Part shown: one piece after another, positions 18,001-35,356 of the stretch
Position numbering within the stretch: position 1 is the first letter of the stretch
How the letters are laid out: every line of letters starts with the position of its first letter
From: Eledone cirrhosa
Taxonomy: Eukaryota
Assembly: GCA_964016885.1 (NCBI GenBank)
Contig: OZ024754.1
Coordinates: forward strand, 24,800,001-24,864,000
Reading direction: 5' to 3'
DNA: 64,000 bases
Made by a program: the position numbers and the translations under genes
The notes under the pieces: model-generated
Told to the model about the DNA's origin: nothing
Seen by the model: the letters and a program-made list of their open reading frames with translations, nothing else
Databases searched by the model: none

Positions 18001-21000
18001 TAACAACAACAACAATAATGATAGTACTAACAACAACAACAATAACAATAGTACTAACAACAACAATAACGATAGTACTAACAGCAACAACAATAACGAT
18101 AGTACTAACAACAACAACAATAACGATAGTACTAACAACAACAACAATAACGATAGTACTAACAACAACAACAATAACGATAGTACTAACAACAACAATA
18201 ATGATAGTACTAACAACAACAACAATAACAATAGTACTAACAACAACAACAATAACGATAGTACTAACAACAACAATAATGATAGTACTAACAACAACAA
18301 CAATAACAATAGTACTAACAACAACAATAACGATAGTACTAACAGCAACAACAATAACGATAGTACTAACAACAACAACAATAACGATAGTACTAACAAC
18401 AACAACAATAACGATAGTACTAACAACAACAACAATAACGATAGTACTAACAACAACAATAATGATAGTACTAACAACAACAACAATAACAATAGTACTA
18501 ACAACAACAACAATAACGATAGTACTAACAACAACAATAATGATAGTACTAACAACAACAACAATAACGATAGTACTAACAACAACAACAATAATGATAG
18601 TACTAACAACAACAACAATAACGATAGTACTAACAACAACAACAATAACGATAGTACTAACAACAACAATAATGATAGTACTAACAACAACAACAATAAC
18701 GATAGTACTAACAACAACAACAATAACGATAGTACTAACAACAACAACAATAACGATAGTACTAACAACAACAACAATAACGATAGTACTAACAACAACA
18801 ATAACGATAGTACTAACAGCAACAATAACGATAGTACTAACAACAACAACAATAACGATAGTACTAACAACAACAATAACGATAGTACTAACAACAACAA
18901 CAATAACGATAGTACTAACAACAACAACAATAACGATAGTACTAACAACAACAATAACGATAGTACTAACAGCAACAATAACGATAGTACTAACAACAAC
19001 AACAATAACGATAGCACTAACAACAAAAATAACGATAGTACTAACAGCAACAACAATAACGATAGTAATAACAACAACAACAATAACGATAGTACTAACA
19101 ACAACAACAATAACGATAGTACTAACAGCAACAACAATAACGCTAGTACTAACAACAACAACAATAACGATAGTACTAACAACAACAACAATAACGATAG
19201 TACTAACAACAACAATAATGATAGTACTAACAACAACAACAATAACGATAGTACTAACAACAACAACAATAACGATAGTACTAACAACAACAACAATAAC
19301 GATAGTACTAACAACAACAATAACGATAGTACTAACAGCAACAACAATAATGATAGTACTAACAACAACAACAATAACAATAGTACTAACAACAACAACA
19401 ATAACGATAGTACTAACAACAACAATAACGATAGTACTAACAGCAACAACAATAACGATAGTACTAACAACAACAACAATAACGATAGTACTAACAACAA
19501 CAACAATAACGATAGTACTAACAACAACAACAATAACGATAGTACTAACAACAACAATAATTATAGTACTAACAACAACAACAATAACAATAGTACTAAC
19601 AACAACAACAATAACGATAGTACTAACAACAACAATAATGATAGTACTAACAACAACAACAATAACGATAGTACTAACAACAACAACAATAATGATAGTA
19701 CTAACAACAACAACAATAACAATAGTACTAACAACAACAACAATAACGATAGTACTAACAACAACAATAACGATAGTACTAACAGCAACAACAATAACGA
19801 TAGTACTAACAACAACAACAATAACAATAGTACTAACAACAACAATAACGATAGTACTAACAACAACAATAACGATAGTACTAACAACAACAACAATAAC
19901 GATAGTACTAACAACAACAACAATAACGATAGTACTAACAACAACAACAATAACGATAGTACTAACAACAACAACAATAACAATAGTACTAACAACAACA
20001 ACAATAACGATAGTACTAACAACAACAATAACGATAGTACTAACAGCAACAACAATAACGATAGTACTAACAACAACAACAATAACGATAGTACTAACAA
20101 CAACAACAATAACGATAGTACTAACAACAACAACAATAACGATAGTACTAACAACAACAATAATGATAGTACTAACAACAACAACAATAAAGATAGTACT
20201 AACAACAACAACAATAACGATAGTACTAACAACAACAACAATAACGATAGTACTAACAACAACAACAATAACGATAGTACTAACAACAACAACAATAACG
20301 ATAGTACTAACAACAACAACAATAACGATAGTACTAACAACAACAACAATAACGATAGTACTAACAACATCAACAATAACGATAGTACTAACAACAACAA
20401 TAACGATAGTACTAACAGCAACAACAATAACGATAGTACTAACAACAACAACAATAACGATAGTACTAACAACAACAACAATAACAATAGTACTAACAGC
20501 AACAACAATAACGATAGTACTAACAGCAACAACAATAACGATAGTACTAACAGCAACAACAATAACGATAGTACTAACAACAACAACAATAACGATAGTA
20601 CTAACAACAACAACAATAAAGATAGTACTAACAACAACAACAATAACGATAGTACTAACAACAACAACAATAACGATAGTACTAACAACAACAACAATAA
20701 CAATAGTGCTAACAGCAACAACAATAACGATAGTACTAACAGCAACAACAATAACGATAGTACTAACAGCAACAACAATAACGATAGTACTAACAACAAC
20801 AACAATAACGATAGTACTAACAACAACAACAATAACGATAGTACTAACAGCAACAACAATAACGATAGTACTAACGACAACAATAATGATAGTACTAACA
20901 ACAACAACAATAACGATAGTACTAACAACAACAATAATGATAGTACTAACAACAACAACAATAATGATAGTACTAACAACAACAACAATAACGATAGTAC

Positions 21001-24000
21001 TAACAACAACAATAATGATAGTACTAACAACAACAATAACGATAGTACTAACAACAACAACAATAACGATAGTACTAACAACAACAATAATGATAGTACT
21101 AACAACAACAACAATAACGATAGTACTAACAACAACAACAATAATGATAGTACTAACAACAACAACAATAACGATAGTACTAACAACAACAACAATAACG
21201 ATAGTACTAACAACAACAATAACGATAGTACTAACAACAACAACAATAATGATAGTACTAACAACAACAACAATAACGATAGTACTAACAACAACAATAA
21301 TGATAGTACTAACAACAACAACAATAACGATAGTACTAACAACAACAACAATAATGATAGTACTAACAACAACAACAATAACAATAGTACTAACAACAAC
21401 AACAATAACGATAGTACTAACAACAACAATAATGATAGTACTAACAACAACAACAATAACGATAGTACTAACAACAACAACAATAATGATAGTACTAACA
21501 ACAACAACAATAACAATAGTACTAACAACAACAATAACGATAGTACTAACAGCAACAACAATAACGATAGTACTAACAACAACAACAATAACGATAGTAC
21601 TAACAACAACAACAATAACGATAGTACTAACAACAACAACAATAACGATAGTACTAACAACAACAATAATGATAGTACTAACAACAACAACAATAACAAT
21701 AGTACTAACAACAACAACAATAACGATAGTACTAACAACAACAATAATGATAGTACTAACAACAACAACAATAACGATAGTACTAACAACAACAACAATA
21801 ATGATAGTACTAACAACAACAACAATAACGATAGTACTAACAACAACAACAATAACGATAGTACTAACAACAACAATAATGATAGTACTAACAACAACAA
21901 CAATAACGATAGTACTAACAACAACAACAATAACGATAGTACTAACAACAACAACAATAACGATAGTACTAACAACAACAACAATAACGATAGTACTAAC
22001 AACAATAATAACGATAGTACTAACAGCAACAATAACGATAGTACTAACAACAACAACAATAACGATAGTACTAACAACAACAATAACGATAGTACTAACA
22101 ACAACAACAATAACGATAGTACTAACAACAACAACAATAACGATAGTACTAACAACAACAATAACGATAGTACTAACAGCAACAATAACGATAGTACTAA
22201 CAACAACAACAATAACGATAGTACTAACAACAAAAATAACGATAGTACTAACAGCAACAACAATAACGATAGTAATAACAACAACAACAATAACGATAGT
22301 ACTAACAACAACAACAATAACGATAGTACTAACAGCAACAACAATAACGCTAGTACTAACAACAACAACAATAACGCTAGTACTAACAACAACAACAATA
22401 ACGATAGTACTAACAACAACAATAATGATAGTACTAACAACAACAACAATAACGATAGTACTAACAACAACAACAATAACGATAGTACTAACAACAACAA
22501 CAATAACGATAGTACTAACAACAACAATAACGATAGTACTAACAGCAACAACAATAATGATAGTACTAACAACAACAACAATAACAATAGTACTAACAAC
22601 AACAACAATAACGATAGTACTAACAACAACAATAACGATAGTACTAACAGCAACAACAATAACGATAGTACTAACAACAACAACAATAACGATAGTACTA
22701 ACAACAACAACAATAACGATAGTACTAACAACAACAACAATAACGATAGTACTAACAACAACAATAATTATAGTACTAACAACAACAACAATAACAATAG
22801 TACTAACAACAACAACAATAACGATAGTACTAACAACAACAATAATGATAGTACTAACAACAACAACAATAACGATAGTACTAACAACAACAACAATAAT
22901 GATAGTACTAACAACAACAACAATAACAATAGTACTAACAACAACAACAATAACGATAGTACTAACAACAACAATAACGATAGTACTAACAGCAACAACA
23001 ATAACGATAGTACTAACAACAACAACAATAACAATAGTACTAACAACAACAATAACGATAGTACTAACAACAACAATAACGATAGTACTAACAACAACAA
23101 CAATAACGATAGTACTAACAACAACAACAATAACGATAGTACTAACAACAACAACAATAACGATAGTACTAACAACAACAACAATAACAATAGTACTAAC
23201 AACAACAACAATAACGATAGTACTAACAACAACAATAACGATAGTAATAACAGCAACAACAATAACGATAGTACTAACAACAACAACAATAACGATAGTA
23301 CTAACAACAACAACAATAACGATAGTACTAACAACAACAACAATAACGATAGTACTAACAACAACAATAATGATAGTACTAACAACAACAACAATAAAGA
23401 TAGTACTAACAACAACAACAATAACGATAGTACTAACAACAACAACAATAACGATAGTACTAACAACAACAACAATAACGATAGTACTAACAACAACAAC
23501 AATAACGATAGTACTAACAACAACAACAATAACGATAGTACTAACAACAACAACAATAACGATAGTACTAACAACATCAACAATAACGATAGTACTAACA
23601 ACAACAATAACGATAGTACTAACAGCAACAACAATAACGATAGTACTAACAACAACAACAATAACGATAGTACTAACAACAACAACAATAACAATAGTAC
23701 TAACAGCAACAACAATAACGATAGTACTAACAGCAACAACAATAACGATAGTACTAACAGCAACAACAATAACGATAGTACTAACAACAACAACAATAAC
23801 GATAGTACTAACAACAACAACAATAAAGATAGTACTAACAACAACAACAATAACGATAGTACTAACAACAACAACAATAACGATAGTACTAACAACAACA
23901 ACAATAACAATAGTGCTAACAGCAAAAACAATAACGATAGTACTAACAGCAACAACAATAACGATAGTACTAACAGCAACAACAATAACGATAGTACTAA

Positions 24001-27000
24001 CAACAACAACAATAACGATAGTACTAACAACAACAACAATAACGATAGTACTAACAGCAACAACAATAACGATAGTACTAACGACAACAATAATGATAGT
24101 ACTAACAACAACAACAATAACGATAGTACTAACAACAACAATAATGATAGTACTAACAACAACAACAATAATGATAGTACTAACAACAACAACAATAACG
24201 ATAGTACTAACAACAACAATAATGATAGTACTAACAACAACAATAACGATAGTACTAACAACAACAATAACGATAGTACTAACAACAACAACAATAACGA
24301 TAGTACTAACAACAACAATAATGATAGTACTAACAACAACAATAACGATAGTACTAACAACAACAATAACAATAGTACTAACAACAACAATAACGATAGT
24401 ACTAACAACAACAACAATAACGATAGTACTAACAACAACAACAATAACGATAGTACTAACAACAACAACAATAACAATAGTACTAACAACAACAAGAATA
24501 ACAATAGTACTAACAGCAACAACAATAACGATAGTACTAACAACAACAACAATAACAATAGTACTAACAACAACAACAATAACGACAGTACTAACAACAA
24601 CAATAACGATAGTACTAACCACAACAATAACAATAGTACTAACAACAACAACAATAACGATAGTACTAACAACAACAACAATAACGATAGTACTAACAGC
24701 AACAACAATAACGATAGTACTAACACCAACAATAATGATAGTACTAACAACAACAACAATAACGATAGTACTAACAACAACAATAACGATAGTACTAACA
24801 ACAACAATAACGATAGTACTAACAACAACAACAATAACGATAGTACTAACAACAACAATAACGATAGTACTAACAACAACAGCAATAACGATAGTACTAA
24901 CAACAACAACAATAACGATAGTACTAACAACAAAAATAACGATAGTACTAACAACAACAACAATAACGATAGTACTAACAACAAAAATAACGATAGTACT
25001 AACAACAACAACAATAACGATAGTACTAACAACAACAATAACGATAGTACTAACAGCAACAACAATAACGATAGTACTAACAACAACAACAATAACGATA
25101 GTACTAACAGCAACAACAATAACGATAGTACTAACAACAACAACAATAACGATAGTACTAACAACAACAACAATAACGATAGTACTAACAGCAACAACAA
25201 TAACGATAGTACTAACAACAACAACAATAACGATAGTACTAACAACAACAACAATAACGATAGTACTAACAACAACAATAACGATAGTACTAACAACAAC
25301 AATAACGATAGTACTAACAATAACAATAACGATAGTACTAACAACAACAACAATAACGATAGTACTAACAACAACAATAACGATAGTACTAACAACAACA
25401 ATAACGATAGTACTAACAACAACAACAATAACGATAGTACTAACAACATCAACAATAACGATAGTACTAACAGCAACAACAATAACGATAGTACTAACAG
25501 CAACAGTAACGATAGTACTAACAACATCAACAATAACGATAGTACTAACAACAACAACAATAACGATAGTACTAACAACAACAACAATAACGATAGTACT
25601 AACAACAACAACAATAACGATAGTACTAACAGCAACAACAATAACGATAGTACTAACAACAACAACAATAACGATAGTACTAACAACAACAACAATAACG
25701 ATAGTACTAACAACAACAACAATAACGATAGTACTAACAACAACAATAACGATAGTACTAACAACAACAATAACGATAGTACTAACAACAACAACAATAA
25801 CGATAGTACTAACAACAACAATAACGATAGTACTAACAACAACAATAACGATAGTACTAACAACAACAACAATAACGATAGTACTAACAACATCAACAAT
25901 AACGATAGTACTAACAGCAACAACAATAACGATAGTACTAACAGCAACAGTAACGATAGTACTAACAACATCAACAATAACGATAGTACTAACAACAACA
26001 ACAATAACGATAGTACTAACAACAACAACAATAACGATAGTACTAACAACAACAACAATAATGATAGTACTAACAATAACAATAACGATAGTACTAACAA
26101 CAACAACAATAACGATAGTACTAACACCAACAATAACGATAGTACTAACAATAACAATAACCATAGTACTAACAACAACAACAATAACGATAGTACTAAC
26201 AACGACAACAATAACGATAGTACTAACAAAAACAATAACGATAGTACTAACAACAAGAACAATAACGATAGTACTAACAACAACAACAATAACGATAGTA
26301 CTAACAATAACAATAACGATAGTACTAACAACAACAACAATAACGATAGTACTAACAACAACAACAATAACGATAGTACTAACAATAACAATAACGATAG
26401 TACTAACAACAACAACAATAACGATAGTACTAACAACAACAACAATAACGATAGTACTAACAATAACAATAACGATAGTACTAACAGCAACAACAATAAC
26501 GATAGTACTAACAATAACAATAACGATAGTACTAACAACAACAACAATAACGATAGTACTAACAATAACAATAACGATAGTACTAACAACAACAACAATA
26601 ACGATAGTACTAACAGCAACAACAATAACGATAGTACTAACAATAACAATAACGATAGTACTAACAACAACAACAATAACGATAGTACTAACAGCAACAA
26701 CAATAACGATAGTACTAACAATAACAATAACGATAGTACTAACAACAACAACAATAACGATAGTACTAACAACAACAACAATAACGATAGTACTAACAAT
26801 AACAATAACGATAGTACTAACAGCAACAACAATAACGATAGTACTAACAACAACAACTATAACGATAGTACTAACAACAACAATAACGATAGTACTAACA
26901 ACAACAACAATAACGATAGTACTAACAACAACAACAATAACGATAGTACTAACAGCAACAACAATAACGATAGTACTAACAACAACAATAACGATAGTAC

Positions 27001-30000
27001 TAACAACAACAACAATAACGATAGTACTAACAACATCAACAATAACGATAGTACTAACAGCAACAACAATAACGGTAGTACTAACAACAACAACAATAAC
27101 GATAGTACTAACAGCAACAACAATAACGATAGTACTAACAATAACAATAACGATAGTACTAACAACAACAACAATAACGATAGTAGTAACAACATCAACA
27201 ATAACGAGAGTACTAACAGCAACAACAATGAAGATAGTACTAACAACAACAACAATAACGATAGTACTAACAACAACAATAATGATAGTACTAACAATAA
27301 CAATAACGATAGTACTAACAACAACAACAATAACGATAGTACTAATAACAACAATAACGATAGTACTAACAGCAACAACAATAACGATAGTACTAACAGC
27401 AACAACAATAACGATAGTACTAACAGCAACAACAATAACGATAGTACTAACAACAACAACAATAACGATAGTACTAACAACAACAACAATAACGATAGTA
27501 CTAACAGCAACAACAATAACGATAGTACTAACAACAACAATAACGATAGTACTAACAGCAACAACAATAACGATAGTACTAACAACAACAATAACGATAG
27601 TACTAACAACAACAATAACGATAGTACTAACAGCAACAACAATAACGATAGTACTAACAACAACAACAATAACGATAGTACTAACAGCAACAACAATAAC
27701 GATAGTACTAACAACAACAACAATAACGATAGTACTAACAGCAACAACAATAACGATAGTACTAACAGCAACAACAATAACGATAGTACTAACAACAACA
27801 ACAATAACGATAGTACTAACAACAACAATAACGATAGTACTAACAACAACAACAATAACGATAGTACTAACAGCAACAACAATAACGATAGTACTAACAA
27901 CAACAACAATAACGATAGTACTAACAGCAACAACACTAACGATAGTACTAACAACAACAACAATAACGATAGTACTAACAGCAACAACAATAACGATAGT
28001 ACTAACAGCAACAACAATAACGATAGTACTAACAGCAACAACAATAACGATAGTACTAACAGCAACAACAATAACGATAGTACTAACAACAACAATAACG
28101 ATAGTACTAACAACAACAACGATAACGATAGTACTAACAACAACAATAACGATAGAACTAACAACAACAACGATAACGATAGTACTAACAACAACAATAA
28201 CGATAGTAGTAACAGCAACAACGATAACGATAGTACTAACAACAACAATAACGATAGTACTAACAACAACAACAATAACGATAGTACTAACAACAACAAC
28301 AACGATAGTACTAACAACAACAATAATGATAGTACTAACAACAACAATAATGATAGTACTAACAGCAACAACAATAACGATAGTACTAACAACAACAACA
28401 ATAACGATAGTACTAACAACAACAAGAATAACAATAGTAATAACAGCAACAACAATAACGATAGTACTAACAACAACAACAATAACAATAGTACTAACAA
28501 CAACAACAATAACGATAGTACTAACAACAACAACAATAACGATAGTACTAACAACAACAAGAATAACAATAGTACTAACAGCAACAACAATAACGATAGT
28601 ACTAACAACAACAATAACGATAGTACTAACAACAACAACAATAACGATAGTACTAACAGCAACAACAATAACGATAGTACTAACAACAACAATAACAATA
28701 TTACTAACAACAACAACAATAACGATAGTACTAACAACAACAATAACGATAGTACTAACAACAACAATAACGATATTACTAACAACAACAATAACGATAG
28801 TACTAACAACAACAACAATAACGATAGTACTAACAACAACAATAACGATAGTACTAACAACAACAACAATAACGATAGTACTAACAACAACAATAACGAT
28901 AGTACTAACAACAACAATAACAATAGTACTAACAGCAACAACAATAACGATAGTACTAACAGCAACAACAATAACGATAGTACTAACAACAACATCAATA
29001 ACGATAGTACTAACAACAACAACAATAAGGATAGTACTAACAACAACAACAATAACGATAGTACTAACAACAACAATAACAATAGTACTAACAACAACAA
29101 CAATAACGATAGTACTAACAACAACAACAATAACGATAGTACTAACAACAACAATAACGATATTACTAACAACAACAATAACGATAGTACTAACAACAAC
29201 AACAATAACGATAGTACTAACAACAACAATAACGATAGTACTAACAACAACAACAATAACGATAGTACTAACAACAACAATAACGATAGTACTAACACCA
29301 ACAATAACGATAGTACTAACAACAACAATAACGATAGTACTAACAACAACAATAACAATAGTACTAACAGCAACAACAATAACGATAGTACTAACAACAA
29401 CAACAATAACGATAGTACTAACAACAACAACAATAATGATAGTACTAACAATAACAATAACGATAGTACTAACAACAACAACAATAACGATAGTACTAAC
29501 ACCAACAATAACGATAGTACTAACAATAACAATAACCATAGTACTAACAACAACAACAATAACGATAGTACTAACAACGACAACAATAACGATAGTACTA
29601 ACAAAAACAATAACGATAGTACTAACAACAAGAACAATAACGATAGTACTAACAACAACAACAATAACGATAGTACTAACAATAACAATAACGATAGTAC
29701 TAACAACAACAACAATAACGATAGTACTAACAACAACAACAATAACGATAGTACTAACAATAACAATAACGATAGTACTAACAACAACAACAATAACGAT
29801 AGTACTAACAACAACAACAATAACGATAGTACTAACAATAACAATAACGATAGTACTAACAGCAACAACAATAACGATAGTACTAACAATAACAATAACG
29901 ATAGTACTAACAATAACAATAACGATAGTACTAACAACAACAACAATAACGATAGTACTAACAGCAACAACAATAACGATAGTACTAACAATAACAATAA

Positions 30001-33000
30001 CGATAGTACTAACAACAACAACAATAACGATAGTACTAACAGCAACAACAATAACGATAGTACTAACAATAACAATAACGATAGTACTAACAACAACAAC
30101 AATAACGATAGTACTAACAACAACAACAATAACGATAGTACTAACAATAACAATAACGATAGTACTAACAGCAACAACAATAACGATAGTACTAACAACA
30201 ACAACTATAACGATAGTACTAACAACAACAATAACGATAGTACTAACAACAACAACAATAACGATAGTACTAACAACAACAACAATAACGATAGTACTAA
30301 CAGCAACAACAATAACGATAGTACTAACAACAACAATAACGATAGTACTAACAACAACAACAATAACGATAGTACTAACAACATCAACAATAACGATAGT
30401 ACTAACAGCAACAACAATAACGGTAGTACTAACAACAACAACAATAACGATAGTACTAACAGCAACAACAATAACGATAGTACTAACAATAACAATAACG
30501 ATAGTACTAACAACAACAACAATAACGATAGTAGTAACAACATCAACAATAACGAGAGTACTAACAGCAACAACAATGAAGATAGTACTAACAACAACAA
30601 CAATAACGATAGTACTAACAACAACAATAATGATAGTACTAACAATAACAATAACGATAGTACTAACAACAACAACAATAACGATAGTACTAATAACAAC
30701 AATAACGATAGTACTAACAGCAACAACAATAACGATAGTACTAACAGCAACAACAATAACGATAGTACTAACAGCAACAACAATAACGATAGTACTAACA
30801 ACAACAACAATAACGATAGTACTAACAACAACAACAATAACGATAGTACTAACAGCAACAACAATAACGATAGTACTAACAACAACAATAACGATAGTAC
30901 TAACAGCAACAACAATAACGATAGTACTAACAACAACAATAACGATAGTACTAACAACAACAATAACGATAGTACTAACAGCAACAACAATAACGATAGT
31001 ACTAACAACAACAACAATAACGATAGTACTAACAGCAACAACAATAACGATAGTACTAACAACAACAACAATAACGATAGTACTAACAGCAACAACAATA
31101 ACGATAGTACTAACAGCAACAACAATAACGATAGTACTAACAACAACAACAATAACGATAGTACTAACAACAACAATAACGATAGTACTAACAACAACAA
31201 CAATAACGATAGTACTAACAGCAACAACAATAACGATAGTACTAACAACAACAACAATAACGATAGTACTAACAGCAACAACACTAACGATAGTACTAAC
31301 AACAACAACAATAACGATAGTACTAACAGCAACAACAATAACGATAGTACTAACAGCAACAACAATAACGATAGTACTAACAGCAACAACAATAACGATA
31401 GTACTAACAGCAACAACAATAACGATAGTACTAACAACAACAATAACGATAGTACTAACAACAACAACGATAACGATAGTACTAACAACAACAATAACGA
31501 TAGAACTAACAACAACAACGATAACGATAGTACTAACAACAACAATAACGATAGTAGTAACAGCAACAACGATAACGATAGTACTAACAACAACAATAAC
31601 GATAGTACTAACAACAACAACAATAACGATAGTACTAACAACAACAACAACGATAGTACTAACAACAACAATAATGATAGTACTAACAACAACAATAATG
31701 ATAGTACTAACAGCAACAACAATAACGATAGTACTAACAACAACAACAATAACGATAGTACTAACAACAACAAGAATAACAATAGTAATAACAGCAACAA
31801 CAATAACGATAGTACTAACAACAACAACAATAACAATAGTACTAACAACAACAACAATAACGATAGTACTAACAACAACAACAATAACGATAGTACTAAC
31901 AACAACAAGAATAACAATAGTACTAACAGCAACAACAATAACGATAGTACTAACAACAACAATAACGATAGTACTAACAACAACAACAATAACGATAGTA
32001 CTAACAGCAACAACAATAACGATAGTACTAACAACAACAATAACAATATTACTAACAACAACAACAATAACGATAGTACTAACAACAACAATAACGATAG
32101 TACTAACAACAACAATAACGATATTACTAACAACAACAATAACGATAGTACTAACAACAACAACAATAACGATAGTACTAACAACAACAATAACGATAGT
32201 ACTAACAACAACAACAATAACGATAGTACTAACAACAACAATAACGATAGTACTAACAACAACAATAACAATAGTACTAACAGCAACAACAATAACGATA
32301 GTACTAACAGCAACAACAATAACGATAGTACTAACAACAACATCAATAACGATAGTACTAACAACAACAACAATAAGGATAGTACTAACAACAACAACAA
32401 TAACGATAGTACTAACAACAACAATAACAATAGTACTAACAACAACAACAATAACGATAGTACTAACAACAACAACAATAACGATAGTACTAACAACAAC
32501 AATAACGATATTACTAACAACAACAATAACGATAGTACTAACAACAACAACAATAACGATAGTACTAACAACAACAATAACGATAGTACTAACAACAACA
32601 ACAATAACGATAGTACTAACAACAACAATAACGATAGTACTAACAACAACAATAACGATAGTACTAACAACAACAATAACGATAGTACTAACAACAACAA
32701 TAACAATAGTACTAACAGCAACAACAATAACGATAGTACTAACAACAACAACAATAACGATAGTACTAACAACAACAATAACGATAGTACTTACAACAAC
32801 AATAACGATAGTACTAACAACAACAATAACGATAGTACTTACAACAACAATAACGATAGTACTAACAACAACAATAACGATAGTACTAACAACAACAATA
32901 ACGATATTACTAACAACAACAATAACGATAGTACTAACAACAACAATAACGATAGTACTAACAACAACAATAACGATAGTATTAACAACAACAATAACGA

Positions 33001-34817
33001 TATTACTAACAACAACAATAACGATAGTACTAGCAACAACAACAATAACGATAGTACTAACAACAACAATAACGATAGTACTAACAACAAAAATAACGAT
33101 AGTACTAGCAACAACAACAATAACGATAGTACTTACAACAACAATAACGATAGTACTAACAACAACAATAACGATAGTACTAACAACAACAATAACGATA
33201 GTACTAACAACAACAATAACGATAGTACTAACAACAACAACAATAACGATAGTACTAACAACAACAACAATAACGATAGTACTAACAACAACAACAATAA
33301 CGATAGTACTAACAACAACAACAATAACGATCGTACTAACAACAACAATAACGATAGTACTAACAACAACAACAATAACGATCGTACTAACAGCAACAAC
33401 AATAACGATAGTACTAACAACAACAATAACGATAGTACTAACAACAACAACAATAACGATAGTACTAACAACAACAATAACGATAGTACTAACAACAACA
33501 ACAATAACGATAGTACTAACAACAACAATAACGATAGTACTAACAGCAACAACAATAAGGATAGTACTAACAACAACAATATTAACGATAGTACTAACAA
33601 CAACAATAACGATAGTACTAACAACAACAACAATAACGATAGTACTAACAACAACAACAATAACGATCGTACTAACAGCAACAACAATAACGATAGTACT
33701 AACAACAACAATAACGATAGTACTAACAACATCAACAATAACGATAGTACTAACAGCAACAACAATAACGATAGTACTAACAACAACAACAATAACGATA
33801 GTACTAACAGCAACAACAATAACGATAGTACTAACAACAACAACAATAACGATAGTACTAACAACAACAATAACGATAGTACTAACAACAACAACAATAA
33901 TGATAGTACTAACAACAACAATAACGATAGTACTAACAACAACAACAATAACGATAGTACTAACAACAACAATAACGATAGTACTAACCACAACAACAAT
34001 AACGATAGTACTAACAACAACAATAACGATAGTACTAACAACAACAACAATAACGATAGTACTAACAACAACAATAACGATAGTACTAACAACAACAACA
34101 ATAACTATAGTACTAACAACAACAATAACGATAGTACTAACAGCAACAACAATAACGATAGTACTAACAACAACAACAATAACGATAGTACTAACAACAA
34201 CAACAATAACGATAGTACTAACAACAACAATAACGATAGTACTAACAACAACAATAACGATAGTACTAACAATAACAATAACGATAGTACTAACAACAAC
34301 AACAATAACGATAGTACTAACAACAACAACAATAACGATAGTACTAACAACAACAATAACGATAGTACTAACAATAACAATAACGATAGTACTAACAACA
34401 ACAACAATAACGATAGTACTAACAACAACAACAATAACGATAGTACTAACAACAACAACAATAACGATAGTACTAACAGCAACAACAATAACGATAGTAC
34501 TAACAGCAACAACAATAACGATAGTACTAACAACAACAACAATAACGATAGTACTAACAACAACAACAATAACGATGGTACTAACAACAACAATAACGAT
34601 AGTACTAACAACAACAACAATAACGATAGTACTAACAACAACAATAACGATAGTACTAACAACAACAACAATAACGATAGTACTAACAACAACAACAATA
34701 ACGATAGTACTAACAACAACAACAATAACGATAGTACTAACAACAACAACAATAACCATAGTACTAACAACAACAACAATAACAACAACAACGGCAGCTG
34801 TAACAACAACAACTACA
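1..34817. repeat. Large tandem satellite, unit (AAC)3-4-AATAACGATAGTACT (mostly 24/27 bp, with an 8-bp TAGTACTA palindrome per unit); runs off the left edge of the window
   Basis: Read directly. Unit length varies by whole AAC triplets. Recurrent variants (AGC, AATGAT, TACTT, ACGCTAG) mark duplicated blocks. The array decays into plain (AAC)n at about 34770-34817. Confidence 0.98.
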
Positions 34818-34924
34818 ATGAAAATATGTAATTTATTATTCTAGTTTTCCATACGTCCCTCTGACATTGTTAGCTGTCCTCGTACAAATTGACTTTACAC
34901 TTTCACAAACAACGCCTTTAACAT

Positions 34925-35215
34925 ATCTAAATACAAACACACACACACACATAGACATACATACACACACATACACACACACGCGCGCACATACACATAC
35001 ATTTATACACATACAGACACACGTATATATTTACGCACATATACACACACTCTGAACACACTCACACACACACACATCCATACACATATGTATGTGTATA
35101 TATATATGCATATATATATATACATATATATATATATACACACACATATACCAGTGTGGGTGGGTGTGTATGTTTGTATGTGTATGAGTACGTGTGCGCG
35201 CAACTGTGTGTCTAT
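34925..35215. repeat. Mixed (CA)n/(TA)n/(TG)n microsatellite spacer between the two satellites
   Basis: Degenerate dinucleotide runs, read directly. Confidence 0.9.
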
Positions 35216-35356
35216 GAGTGTAACAACTATCAGCGAACATGTCAACCAATATGGTGTAAAACACGAGAAGATGATTGCGTGAAAATTCGAAACGAGAATT
35301 AATTAAAGACTCATTGGTGAGACTTGTAAGATTCTGTGTTTGACCAGTGAATATTC

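Noticed and set aside
704-34844. Giant ORFs (8884 aa, 9131 aa, poly-Leu)
   Set aside because: Unit lengths are multiples of 3 and four of six frames lack stops by composition. The ORFs overlap on both strands and contain no unique domain.
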